DNA from: Mytilus californianus
Taxonomy: Eukaryota
NCBI RefSeq assembly: GCF_021869535.1
Contig: NW_026262712.1
Span: 104,160,001 to 104,224,000 of the forward strand
Direction of reading: 5' to 3'
DNA length: 64,000 nt
Positions within the stretch are counted from its first letter, which is position 1, and each line of letters begins with the position of its first letter. The translations under genes were made by a program, and so were the position numbers. The notes below the pieces were generated by a model. That model did no database searches and was not told the origin of the DNA. It saw nothing but the letters and a program-made list of their open reading frames with translations. This document shows positions 37,452-50,948 of this stretch, one piece after another.

Positions 37452-37568
37452 TTACAAGTGAATCGAATTTTATATAAAATGAATCTGAGAAATCCTCACA
37501 TTTGTCAAATGTCTTCATCTAAATCTGAGGAGTCCGTGGAACACTTACTACTTTTGTGTCCTGAATAA
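37452..37568 (+). pseudogene. LINE ORF2 C-terminal zinc-knuckle fragment
   Basis: LQVNRILYKMNLRNPHICQMSSSKSEESVEHLLLLCPE* resembles the LN..L.K....C.C...E..EH.LL.CP.Y consensus. Confidence 0.7.
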
Positions 37569-38837
37569 ACCTCAAGGTAAAATGAGCTTTTTGCTGATAT
37601 TAATGAATATCTATTTGTTCACTTCCGTAGCCCTTGACTCGTCTTACGATAAAAAATGAAAAACCGATGACCCATGTGTTAATTAACAAATGTCCATATA
37701 GAGTAAAAAACTGCTGAGTGAAATGTACTCTCAAAATATCCTGCCTTGGACATTTATGCTTTCTGTAATTTTGTGTGCCATGAGATTTTTATAGACTTTA
37801 ACGTTCCAATTTTTATATTAAATAATCCTGTTGTGTCTTTGATGAAAATTGAATTATCTTAAAGGGTAACTGACACATTTTTAAGTACATATATACATAA
37901 AGCTGTGATCAAAATCTATTTGTTTGTTCAGCCTGCAGTCGTGCCATTAGACAATTATGCTTTCTGTATTTTTTATTATTGTGTATTCGGATCGCTTCCA
38001 TCAATCCAATTTGAATAGTCATATTGCTCGAAAAATATTGATAAAGTGCGGCGGAACGTTCCTAATGGTTCTGCCAATAAGAGACTCACGAGATAAAAGG
38101 GAATACTAGTATTTGTTTTGGAATTTGTCACGGCGGAGTTTGTTATTTCGAGCATAAATTACCAATAAGTGTACAGAACGACCAACAAACCGTCAAAATT
38201 CACGTAAAAGAAATATCAACCAATAAAAATGTAGCATTGTTAAGAATGCTACAGCCTTTTTTTCTTTTACTTACTATGTTAATCTTTATATAAGACAGGT
38301 AGATAGAGAGATAGATATCTGAAATTCCATCAGTTGACAATAAAACCTATAGTATACTAATTGCTAAAACATTACATTGAAATTTTCTGTAATGATGTAT
38401 CACTAAAGGATCTACGCTGACACTGCAGTCGACACACATAATACGTCAATTTAATTTGATTTCAATACCTCCCGTATACTTTCCAGAATAATTGTGTTAT
38501 GGCGGTTCATTTTTCCTGGAAGACGTGAAGCATGCTTCCTCGTTCCATTATTAAAGAGACACATTGTTCTAATTCTGGCGTTTTCTATGTACTTTTATGT
38601 GGTTAGTAAAAATATAACAGGATCTGTAAATTTTCATTAATTTATAATCTGTAATTTAAAAGTATGTTTTTTACTTGATAGCATCCGCGGGGCAGATAAG
38701 TGACGTGTATGCACATTAGTATTTACTTTCCGATGCAAGGTTTGGTTCTTTGACACAATTTTTATAGAAACTATTAATATGAATATATAATTTGTCAGTC
38801 TGTTGCTTTCAAATAAAACAGTTGTAGAATTTGGTAT

Positions 38838-39300
38838 GATGATTTCAACTTTCCAATTGTTAACTTCCCATTTATCAGCATTAACAAACCCTCTACTTCA
38901 TCGTATGCCGTTTTAATATCTCAATTGATACATGCCGCGCGTCAATGTTCAAATTGTACGAACTTCATTAACAAGGGCGCGTTCCTTACATAAAAACTGC
39001 TCCAATAGAGCTATTAGGAAAAACGAATGAATTCAACACTACACAAGTGTTACGGTTACCAGCACGCATTGGTTAACCGATGTGGCAAATCAATAACGAA
39101 ATGGATTCGTGTTCTTAGATCTTTAGATAATAGTCTGATCTGTGATTTAACCGATTGTGTCAAAATTCTGGTTATGAATTTTTCACAAAGTGTCGATTCA
39201 CATGGTTGGTGATGCATGCAAAGCATAAGACGCTTATCCTGTCGTCGACGCATCCGCCTTTGCTCCTTTTAGAATTCATGAGATTCCCACAGTTTTTGTG
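38838..39300 (+). mobile_element. PLE RT C-terminal remnant plus decayed 3' UTR
   Basis: Translates DDFNFPIVNFPFIS..PSTSSYAVLISQLIHAAR, then KLLQ and STLHKCYGYQHALVNR. The UTR resembles 7115-7195. Confidence 0.82.
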
Positions 39301-41859
39301 TGTTAACTTGGCTTTTATTTTCTTAGTTGTTTTACCAGATTTGAACATCTGTAAGCTACTGTTGCCTAAATGTATGTCTTGCTTGAGAAATATTTTGTTT
39401 ATTTCCCTCACGCACAGGTACATGTAGTTTTCAAGTTATGGAGCATCAACTGCTGGTACATATTTTGGAAACGATTCTGGTTTTTGATTTGCCAAATTTA
39501 ATGTATTTTGAATGTTATTGGAAACACAAAAATTTGTCATAATCGACCCATATAATATGATGAAAATGTAATTGTGTTGAAATATGTATAATTATCTTTA
39601 TACCTTTGTAATTTGGTTTGTGAGAATAAAGATATATAAAGGTATCTTCGATTTATTTTATTACTCAATACAAATCAATTAAACATGATTATAACAAGTA
39701 TAATATTTTCAATGACGAAAGCACAGAAATTCACCCAACATGTCATAGAAGCTCGTTGTGTTGCCGTATAAACAACCGAATGAATAATCCTGAAAGAGTT
39801 CGAAAGGAAGTTGGTTTTTCAGTGCCAATTATGTAACTCTGCCTTTATTCAGGCTTCATGGCTAGAATCATGGATAGAATCTTGTCTACTTGCCACAATT
39901 CCACATTTCTGTTTTTCTTCGACTTGTGATTGTTGTCTCTTCGGTATATTTTTGCTTCTTTTATCCCAAGTGTCTTGGCTTACATTTTGCTTTTAACTGA
40001 ACGTAGAGTTTGGTTATGATCCAAATGAAGTCTGAATCGATATTAGCTAGTTAGGGCTATAAATAGAATTCGTTTCGGCTAAAATCTGTCTCGTGTCATT
40101 AGGTTTGTATCAAAGCCTGACAATGGCGCGTTTATGCCGTATTAATCTTATTTTTATTATTTTAATCATGGTTAAGAGGTAGAAATATCGTACTATGATG
40201 ATTTTATCGTCAGAGTTTTCAATTTTCTGAACCAGCTGTTTAGAACCGATGTTTTTTCGACGCATGGTTTATATACATTTAAGTCATTGAACACTTTCGT
40301 CTTGTCCGTGGTGGCGGATTGCTCTCAGTATGCGAGTAGCGTGTGTAACAAACGAGTTTCGTCTTAGTATGATTTACACAGACATTTGCGTTAACCATAT
40401 TATGTATCCTTGTATTACCATGTTCAGCAGTCAATCAAGGAAAAGGAAAAAGAGACTGTTAATTTGAATACGTGAAGGCTTGTTAGTTTATATAAACGAT
40501 CTTACCATCGAAAAAAAAAAATAAATGAAAAATAAAAACAAAGGTAGTTTGTGCAGATCTCAAATAATCCATACTTTGTTATTGAAAAAAATAATGTTGA
40601 ACTAAATTGAAGTTTCAGAATTGAGCAATGGAATATTGTACTGAAAAATCTAATAGAATTTTATAGAAAGTCATGTTTTGGGTTAAGTATCATTACATGT
40701 TTCTCATTGTTAAAGGCCGTACGGTTGCCTATAATTGCTTACATCCACTTTATTTGAACTTTGGTGGGTAGTTGTCTCATTGGCAATCAAACCTCATCTC
40801 CTTATTTTTGTATTTAAGGTTTGGTGTTTATCCTTGTTGAGAATAAATTCATGCTTCCTGTTTTATATTGGGAACCCCAAAAGTAATAAAATGTCTGATT
40901 CGTAATTGATGAATAGTATAAAGATATTTATCACCGAAGTTATCTTTTCTGACAATTTCATTTCTGATAGATCGTAGGATGAATACGTTTTAACAACAAC
41001 CGAACTGAAAACTGGTACTTAAAACACGAAAGTTTACCAGTTTGTGTTGGCTTCCTGAATTATGCAAAAAACTTATAAATGTGGTTTCACTGCTACATGC
41101 ATGAATTTAATATTTACTTAACAACAAATATTTCCGTTTCTCTGAATAATGCTGTTATCAAGATATTGTGACAAAACTAATACTGGTTTTAATTATTAGT
41201 ATTCCAGGACTGTTTCTTTACAGGTACTTTGTATTCTCCACTCTGTCACGTTATCTTATTAAACGTGTTAGGAAAGGGATTTAAATACTGCGCTGATGTT
41301 AAATACCAATACCGATAAAAAGATTTAAGCGTGGACTTTCTCAAAATGCAATTGCATTGAAAAGTATCCCGGCGTAGTATAGTTTAGCTTTGTGATGTGT
41401 TTGAAACAACACGAAGCGAACGGTTAACGTCGACTCCAAATTTTAAGACGTGCATTGGCCTTACGTAGATCTTCATACATTCATTTGTATTTGTTTGATT
41501 TAGGAGTCCAAACAAAACTTAACAAAAATATATGTAAAAGTCAAGAATGGGAATGACAGATTTTACGGGTACAAGTCCAAATATATACATTAAGTGATAT
41601 GATTAGAATACTAGTATGTTCTTTCACTATTTGAATTGTACACGTATACCTAACAACAAAATTATTTTCATTTACCTGTGTTTAAAGTAATTGCAAATGA
41701 CTGATATTTTTGTTCAAGCATATTGTTTTTTTTTAAATTGTCACATTTCACAGCGGTATAACATGTTACTTTAACTATTCTCCCCTTAGTTTATTTATTT
41801 TGTATTTACATTGTATCATAGATCAAATTTATTTGTTCAGTGTATGTTCAGTGGTGTTA

Positions 41860-42278
41860 ATATGTCTTTTGATTGAGTTAAGCCATTTCAATTGATATTT
41901 TATAGTGTGTCTTTCTATGTTGTGATGTTACTATTGTTTCAGATAAGGGTGAAGGTTTGGTACCATTAAAACGTTTAAACCCGCTGCAATTGTTTGCACC
42001 TGTCCTAAGTTAGGAATCCGATGTCAGTAGTTGTCGTTTGTTGATGTGGTTCATAAGTGTTTCTCGTTTCTCGTTTTTTATATAGATTAGACCGTTGGTT
42101 TTCCCGTTTGAATTGTTTTACACTAGTAATTTTTTGGGGCCCTTTATAGCTTGCTGTTCGGTGTGAGCCAAGGCTCCGTGTTGAAGACCGTACTTTGACT
42201 TATAATGGTTTACTTTTATAAATTTTTACTTTGATGTAGAGTTGTCTCATTGGCACTCATACCACATCTTTTTAAATC
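41860..42278 (+). mobile_element. PLE 3' UTR, tail family B2
   Basis: Ends GTTGTCTCATTGGCACTCATACCACATCTTTTT. Matches 12865-13115 (reverse) and 47550-47665; parallel in layout to B1. Confidence 0.85.
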
Positions 42279-44119
42279 TATTGATAGTTAAATAACTCAG
42301 TTTATCTCTCCACAATAGATATGTCCTATTTTTTTTGCATAATATAGTTACCATGCAATTTGTGTCCGGGGATACAGGGACGCGTATGTGTGGCTTAAAC
42401 AAATCAGTCCTAATCTGAACACATCGTTATATCTATGTATAAAAAAACAAATAAATAGTGGACATCAGTGCATACAGTGCTATTTCTATAAATAACTTTA
42501 AAAAGGAGGGGGCTACAGAAGAAGGTTGTCTTGCTGCGCATCGTTTTAATGGTCAAGAAAACCACTTTCCACGAGCTATATGTGATTCGTATTGTCTACT
42601 TCTATCTGGGTATGAATGCAATGCATGGACAGAGGGACGAAAGAACGGACGGATGGACCCATTCACACATCACTATATATCGTCCAATTTAGAAAGCGGA
42701 GTGTATAGTGAATATTGGGCAAAACAAAATGAAGGAAATCGAAAAAAAATTAAAAAAATAAAATGCCTGATATATAATTTAGTAGACTTTGTTTTGCAAG
42801 AGGTGAAAATGAATATTCCATTTTCAAAATATCCTCCTGATCAAAAGATAAAATCATTTCCTCCATATGAGAGATTAACGCCACTTTCAACAATATCTCA
42901 ATTTAATCGTGGTGTTCTGCTTTGTTGGTGGAGGAAGCCGTGATAAAAAAAAAAAAAAAAAAAATCCGACCCTTCATTGAAACGTAAATTTAACACGTTT
43001 GATAATGTCCAAACGTTGTAATCTTTTAAAACTTTATTCGATGTCAGGGAAAATGTGAACAAGAATAATTAATTCACACATTTTAACGTTGTTTTAGGTA
43101 TTGTCATTTTCAACATAAAATTAAATTGCTAGTGACCTTTCTAAATAAAAAAAAAAATATAAAGATAATCAAATTGAAAACGCTTTTGTTTCATTCTTTT
43201 TTTTATTTAATTGTCAAGTACACAAATTTCTAGTTTGGTTTATTTTTAGAATTTTACGCTGCTCTGTAACACATTTCTCTTTTCTAGAAAATAATATAAA
43301 ATAAAGAGATGTGGTATGATGATTGTCAAAATAGACAACCTTCAACACGAAGCTAAACCCATCCCGCATAAAAGCCAAGAAAGGCCCCGACATGACAAGT
43401 ATATTTTAAATATATTTCAAATAAAGTTAACGAACATTTTGAACAAAAATTGATGTAGAGTAAAAAATCGGATTTGAGTGTGATTTGATTCCTGTGTTTT
43501 TTTTCATTCATTTATTCTGATCACTTTGTAGATGTTCCTTGTAGTCGTTCAACAAATAGTAAGAAATGGGGGAACAACGATCATAAATTTAATCGATCAC
43601 TACTATGAAACAATGCAATTTTAAGAATAATGATCGTGTTGTTTTGCTGGATCCTCGTACCTGTATTGCGGAATAAGTTGTTACTGTTTTATTGTTTCAA
43701 AAATCATCTAATCATTATCAAACAAACCCATACAGGTAACGTTAATGAATGATTATGAGTGCTTTTTAAGATGGTCCCCACTATAGCATGTAGTGGTATT
43801 GGTATTTAACATCAGCGTCAAAATCGTAATGACTTTCCTAACAGGTCTATTAGATTGTCTTTTTACTTAATTAAAATCTTGGTAGAAGTATGTCTGTTGA
43901 ACTCGCTACAATTCCTTTTTTATAGATGAAAACTACAGCAATCCAAAATTTGCAAACACAATAAAAGCCTTCACTGACTTGAAAGTAATTTAGAGGAAGT
44001 GTAAACTGCCATTGCAATACTAATGACTAGCTGTGCCCCTCTTTTTATAGCGATATCAATGGTCGAAATGCGCATCTGGTACATTACAATTGGTACTGTT
44101 AATGTTGTAAATGTGTGCC

Positions 44120-44340
44120 ACCAAGTGTAATGATTGGTTGATTGTTAGTTGCTTAACGTCCAGTGGCAACTATTTCATGCAATGTTCAGGACGAGAACAA
44201 ATTAACAATAAATACAATAGGTAAGTCCTGTAATCTGTTCGGGATGAAGGTCGGAGAAATTTGAACTGCCACCGGAAAATGAGGGTATATTGGATAGGGA
44301 CAGACATTTTGCCTTGCAACAGGCCACCTTCTGACCCTTA
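44120..44340 (-). mobile_element. SINE-like 3' half with (AATC/AACC) tail
   Basis: Reverse strand ends GCCACTGGACGTTAAGCAACTAACAATCAACCAATC. A homolog lies at 21686-21900. Confidence 0.6.
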
Positions 44341-47300
44341 TGTGTTAAGATTCAGTTTATGGTTAATTTTATCAGGTCGAAAACACCACTTGATAATGTC
44401 TGTAGATATTAAGACAAAATCTCTCTGTAAACAACCCACGTTTTTCTCAATGTAAAAACAGAATAACTTTATAGACTTATTGGTGAAAGTTATAGTTATA
44501 CTATTGTAGTTCAATCATTATGTCTGGTATGTTTAGGATAAAATTAATAGTTTTGATCTTTTGGGAAAAAAAAACTAAAAGGATTTTATTTTTTCTGCAT
44601 TTAAATTCTATACGGGATCACTATGAGCATTGCACTAAATCGAGTCTTCCTGTACTTTTGTAAAGTTACTGTATGAATCGTTTTTCGAAGTACAATCGCC
44701 CACATGAAAGTGTACGCTAGCTCGTGATCATAGATAAGTAGGCGAAGGTTTTTGAGAAGTATCCCAATAACTACGAGCATTCTTTGATACGGTTAATATA
44801 AAAATAAGGATATGAGGTATGATTGCCAATGAAACAAATATCCACCAAAGTTCAAATGAAGTGGTGAATGTAACAGTTACAGGCAATTGTACGGCCTTTA
44901 ACAATGAGAAAAACCCCATACCGTGCAGTCGTTTATAAAAGGCCCCGACATGAAAAATATGAAACTATTTAATTAAGCTTTTTATTATTATTGTGCTTGT
45001 ACTCGTTTGTTTCTAATCTATTATACCGGTATCATAGAGTTTAGAATCACTGTTTCAATCTTGCGTTGCTTTTGATCTATTTGTTTTCTTTTTAGGGACG
45101 TTGTCTTGCAACTTTAACACCTGTTGTAAGCAAGCCTCTTTTCTACTGCTATCAACGGTTATAAACTCTGTTGTCCTATTAAAATAACATTTCAAATCGT
45201 GCTTCATAGTTTGTAATGGCGTCGTACATGTTTTGTACAAAAATATTGATCATTTTGAAAACATTCTCAGTTTTCATGGGAGTTATTATCTTACTATTTA
45301 GTTGCATGTGTTGATTAATCGTTGCACATTGCATGCATCACGTTGTGTCACTGAAATTTCCTGTTGTAATCTTTTCCTATGATGGTCAAGTGTGATATTG
45401 ACCATTTTCGTTTTTGTCGTTCAAGTGTTATGGTCCTTGATAGATTCGAAAATAGGTATAGACTGTGGCAGGTAAGTGGCACGTAAATAATAAGCCTGAT
45501 AGCACCTTTCAAAATACAGAAAACCCAGTTTGCTGTCAATTTGATAGCTCATTCCTTGTTAAAACATTCTCTTCTTTCATGGGAGTAAATATCTAACTAT
45601 TTGGCTGCTGTGTAGGTTAATCGTCGGATGTCACGTTTTCTTCATCACGGATATATCCCGTTGTAATCTTTTCCTATGGATTTCAATTTATTATTTTCCT
45701 GCAATTGTTTTTTAAGTTTTGCAACATTCTACTCTTTTATTTATTAGAAACGCTTGCATCAAAGACTAATATTGAAAAAAAATAAAAAAATAAAATAAAA
45801 TCCAATAATTGCTTATTTTTAATAACCCGTAAACCTTATTTGAGGACCATGTTTTAATTTCTTCGGACGGAAAAAATTTCAATGGAACAAAGAAAATGGA
45901 AAATTTACAAGAAATTAAAACATGATAAAAAGTAGAAATTATGAGAAACTCACATGAGTCAAACATTTATAGTGCTTCACACGATATTACAACAAATGAA
46001 AAAAGAAAATCAATGCATAAGCTGACAATTTCAATAATGATTTTTACAACTGATATTTCATTGCACCATAGCAATGACGATAAACAAATTTTTATATTTT
46101 CTTATTTTTACAGTCGACGTACTAACAGCATGGAACAAGTTAGCTTCATATCAATGTACACTCTCTAAGCTGGTTAATTGTTTAGCATTGACTATAGGCG
46201 AAGACAAGCTCCATTCGATACGTATCTGTTATCATGTTACTGATATATTTAACAAGCATCGCATCAATCTGCTTTCATCAAGCAAGAGCAACGAGTATAA
46301 AGGTGTAAAAAGTATAGGTAACTAATTACTAGAAACGTTAGTGGACTGCAACTATTTGTTTTAATTGTCAGGATATACTAAGAAACTTAAAAAAAAACCC
46401 AAAGTGTAATTTACATTTGATCTGTACAAAAGCCTGAAATAACGGATATTTTGACTGATTTTTATATTGTTATGGATAAATAGCAGCTTATCGTTATTGA
46501 GGTAAGTGTCTCCATTTTTTCAACATTTCAATCAGTCTAAATTAAAAGTTATGTTTTGAAAAATAATTGCATAATATATGTAATATATAAATAACAAAAA
46601 TCAATGTGTTACAAGAAGAAGTATTACAGAAAGAGTGTATGCTATAATAAACGAAACAAATGCACAAAATAAATTTTGTAATCTATAAGTTTCTATTTAG
46701 AATCATCTAAATGATGATTATTCAATTGTACGAAATAACATTGATGCCTTAATTATTTTGTCCGCAACTATCTTTATGAAAAAAAAGATTATCAATGTTT
46801 TATGTTTGTGTGACGAAGATTATGACTTCTCTGTCATATTTGTTTTAAAGTACATTTGAGCATTTTTACAAGTGTATGTGTATACGTTCATAGCATTTCT
46901 GGGGTATTTAGTTCAAAACACGTTATTAAATGGAAATATGCTCCAGTAGTGGACCCAGAACCTCAAAATGGTGAATGGGATGGGAATAACAGTTATGTCA
47001 TAAAAAATTAAAAGGGAAACAAACTTTACATTAAGTAATTTTGCAAAAGAATGAATTCGGGTGCTACCCCCACCAATATTCTAAATTTGCTAGATGCAGT
47101 TGCTATCAACATCGGGTTCTTCAAGTATTGTATTCCAAAAAAGGTTATAAACAGTATTGGCCCTGCCTATTACTTTACTGAAACAATAATTTTTTCGGCT
47201 TCTTTGTATTATTGTTTTCTCTCACAAAGAAGCTAGAATTTAGCACAAATTAATTTGATGTGTTCTTTAATGACAAATGTCAAATGTTTAACCTAATATT

Positions 47301-47669
47301 AATGATAACCATTGACAATTCAAAAATCAATTGAAACTTACAACATATATATGTTATCAAAAGTGAAATCATTCGAAATGAGCAATATTGTTCACGTTTA
47401 GAATGAATATAAATTAGCTGCTGAGTTGTGTATTATGTTTATCTGCAGACTTTTAAAAGCAAGCAAACTATATTTGTTTGGCTATATAAATATGAATGAA
47501 GTTTTAGAAATCAATGACTACAAAACATGAATACTTGGTGAAATATGTTTAAGCCAAGGCTCCGTGTTGAAGACCGTACTTTGTCCTATAATGGTTTACT
47601 TTTTAAAATTTTGACTTGGATGGAGAGTTGTCTCATTGGCACTCATACCACATCTACTTATATCTTTTT

Positions 47670-48540
47670 AAGGTTTATCATAGAGAAATACAAAGTACCT
47701 GTGCAAAACGTATTTCAGACGGAATAGCACATCCTCAATTTTACGGTGATGTTGTTAATCGAGTGCGGAAATTATTAAACAATCCCGGTAAACTTATCTA
47801 TTCTTTAAATAAACTTATTCTAAAAGGTTACCAATTCAACGCTAAAATCTAGTCTTTAAATATTGTTTTTATTGGTATAAATATTGATTTTGTTATCAGT
47901 AAATTAAAACCATACTAAATAGTATTGTTATACACATATACACACGCTACTACAATCTGTCGATACCTATATTTTGCATTGCACAAGGTCGTGTTTTTCT
48001 CCGACTGTTAATGACGTCTTTAGACTAAATCCATTGGCTGTTGAATGTGTATTGATTGATATTTTAGTGTTAGATATATGATTTCTTTTATTAGTTGCTA
48101 TTGGCTTTGAACTAGCTGTCAGTAACTGCAAGTACGCCCAGATCTGTACTTTGTGTCTTTTTTGTTGTTAGGGATGTATAAACACCCTGTCCTGTCTGTG
48201 TGATTGTAAGATGTTTTCTTCTTTGTATCGATCTGATGAGTTAAGACGGATATTTTCAACTGATTTTTATAGTTTGTTCTTTTGTTGTGTTGGTTCATGT
48301 CTGTCATGTTTGTTTTTCGTAAGTTGTTTTGTTATAAATTAGGCCGTTAGTTTTCTCAATTGAATTGTTTCATATTTTCATATCGGGCCTTTTATAGCCG
48401 ACTATACGGTATGGGTTTTTTTTCTCATTGTTGAAGGCCATACGGTTGCCTATAATTGCTTACATCCACTCCATGTTAACTTTGATGGACATTTGTCTCA
48501 TTGGCAATCATATCGCATCTCCTTATTTTTATTTTAATAT
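47670..48540 (+). mobile_element. 5'-truncated Naiad-type PLE: RT C-terminus, SECIS-like stem-loop, tail family B1
   Basis: Translates STCAKRISDGIAHPQFYGDVVNRVRK..LNKLILKGY..KLKPY* (stop at 47916-18, one internal stop). The UTR runs to TTGTCTCATTGGCAATCATATCGCATCTCCTTATTTTTATTTT. Confidence 0.8.
48003..48069 (+). promoter_or_regulatory. SECIS-like element (form 2)
   Basis: ATGAC at 48011-15; helix II 48016-25/48047-56 (7 of 10 pairs); AAA at 48027-29; short helix III TCCA/TGAA; TGAT at 48057-60 completing the GA quartet; helix I ACTG/TAGT. It sits ~90 nt after the RT stop, in sense orientation. Confidence 0.7.
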
Positions 48541-48674
48541 TAAATATCAAGAGATGCACATGATAGAAACTACGACTAAATTCTTGCAGTGACACTTTTT
48601 ACGTTTGTTTCCCTAGTGTAGCCATCATATAATGTTATTTAGAAATCAATAGCATGTGCTATATACATGTATTT

Positions 48675-49258
48675 GTCTATGGTATTGAAGTATATATTCT
48701 AGGTACTGACGTTGTTTATCATCTTAATAACGTGTTAAAGTGTTCTTTTTATTTGTCTTTTTATATTTTTTTACCTTTACTCTTTAGTCCATTTTAAGTA
48801 ATATACTTTTGGCGTGGCTAGGTACTTATACATCTAGTCATTGTGTTTATGTGCTATGGTCATTTTTGTATTCTTGTATTTCATTTTTGCTTATGTACTG
48901 TATCTATGATAGAGTGTCTATATGCCATTTTGTTTTTCTTTATTGAAATAGTTATTTGTTTTTATAGTGATTAAGATTATAATATTATTTGATTTTGACT
49001 GCTGTACCCCAATTTTTGACATTTTTACCTATAATGTCTGTTTGTTTTGCTCACGCATTGTTGTCAATATAACGTAATTCTATATGACTGTCATACAAAT
49101 GAGAAGTTTAGCTAGTTATAAAACCTGGTTTAATCCCCCATTTTCTACATAAGGAAATGCCTGTACCAAGTCAAGAAAATGACAGTTGTTTTCCATTCGT
49201 TTGATGTGTTTGAGCTTTTGATTTTGCCATTTGATAAAGGACTTTCCGTTTGAATATT
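48675..49258 (+). mobile_element. tail family D copy (last RT codons plus 3' UTR of the 2256-4780 element)
   Basis: Reverse-complement homolog of 2256-2710 and 56340-56800. Confidence 0.88.
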
Positions 49259-50799
49259 TTTAAATGTTACGCTTCTTGCAGTCAATATAGTTATAAACAT
49301 CTGAATCCAGGGATAAACATCTATAAACATCTGAATTCAGGGCGTTTCTTAGAATTATTTAAGAAAATCCAATGATACTATGTTATTTGATTTTACTATG
49401 GAGAGCAATCGTTATGTGTATATCAAAGTACTATTTGAAAAAAAACCAAACAGCTACAGACTACACACTACACGCCAAAGCAGGAAACTTCAATTGTCCA
49501 ATAGGTGGCCTGCTCCATAAAATATACACAATTGAAAAAAGAATATGGTGTATCAGTTCATGACACAAAATTACTATCTACATGTACGCGGACATAATAA
49601 AAAATACAAACAAAAAATCAAAGGAACATCGCTTTTATTGCTGTGGTTTATCTAAAAAATCACATCGCGGTCTACGACAGGACCTCTGACCTCACTACTA
49701 ATTTTTACTAGATAGGCTTTTCATATTTCAAAATTATGTAATTCCATAATTCAAAATGTGTTCATTAATTCTATAGAGTAAACATTATTAGTTTCGCTTT
49801 AGCTATATAAATTATGTACACAACTAATCGCAAAACTCATTTAAAGGATTTTATACGTCTGATACATCTTATTGAGCTAATTACTTTGACATTCATGCAA
49901 CACTAAAGTTTTATGTCTAATCAAGTCTATATTTTTTTAACTGTGTTTCAGTAAGTGAATTTCCTTTTCCCGGTAGAATCGCAGTGCGTTGAATATCACT
50001 CTCGTATAATGTTAACGCAATAAATATTAGTTAACAAAATTCAATAAATTATGAAAAATATATTTTAAAGAAAACAAGATATATAACATACATTTATTTC
50101 AAGAGTAGAGAAAGTACACGGTCGATATCATGCCCTTAAGAGGTGTAATAGCTAAACAAATGAACTCATCATAGATACCAGACTCAAAATTGTGTACGCC
50201 AGACTCTTGTCTACAAAAGAGTCATCAGTGATACGAATAAAAAAAATGAAAACAGGCCAAATAAAATACGACATCTATTATTTTCAGTTTAAAGTTTGAG
50301 AGCGTTCATGTGGCGGCAATGTTAGGCTTAAGAAAATCTAAACTGTAGTAAAACCCAAGGCCAATCAAAGGTTCCCATTTTCCTTAGTTTGAGATATGGT
50401 ATTTTATAAGATGATGGATGATATTGTAGGTGTTCAATATCCAGACATCATAAATGTTATTCTATCATTACTGAAACCCTTTTACACCATTGGTATAGAT
50501 ATCAGGAGTTGAACAACATTGTGGAGATATGATACTTCTTAATAGATTTTTGATGAAAGATATTGTATGCAGCATGGTATAGTGATATTTTTTATAAAGT
50601 TAACAAGTCATAAAATTGTTTTTCAAATCTTTCTGTTTACTTGATATAATAGTCGTTAAAAGATATGATGATGTTGTTGTTGTCCGTGTATGTATGTGAA
50701 CCCTTTCAAACAAAAACTGCAAATGTTCTTGTTAGACGAAAATAAGTATAAAGAACATTTGCTGTCCATAATCAAATATTGCTTTTGATGGTTTTTAGT

Positions 50800-50948
50800 A
50801 TACTGCAATTTGTTTTTGAACTATCAGTTGTCGTAATGGTGGTGTTGAAACGGCATTCAATTTTATCATAGCATACTGCAATTTGTGTTTGAACTATCAG
50901 TTGTCGTAATGGTGGTGTTGAAACGGCCTTCAATTTTATCATAGCATA
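50800..50948. repeat. 73-bp tandem duplication
   Basis: ATACTGCAATTTG..TTTATCATAGC starts at 50800 and again at 50873, with two mismatches. Confidence 0.95.

Noticed and set aside
39800-39990. Minus-strand WNCGK resembling a Gag zinc knuckle
   Set aside because: The rest of the CCHC motif is absent and there is no adjacent pol or LTR evidence.
42458-42943. Longest ORF in the track (161 aa)
   Set aside because: Starts at GTG and crosses unrelated repeat pieces: an ACGG microsatellite like a HINE end (~42620-42660), an A-tract and a SINE-like end (TTAACGCCACTTTCAACAAT..GGTGGAGGAA). No protein motif.
48232-48262. CTGATGAG motif (also 36845-36855, reversed) as a hammerhead
   Set aside because: No GAAA or stem II/III follows.
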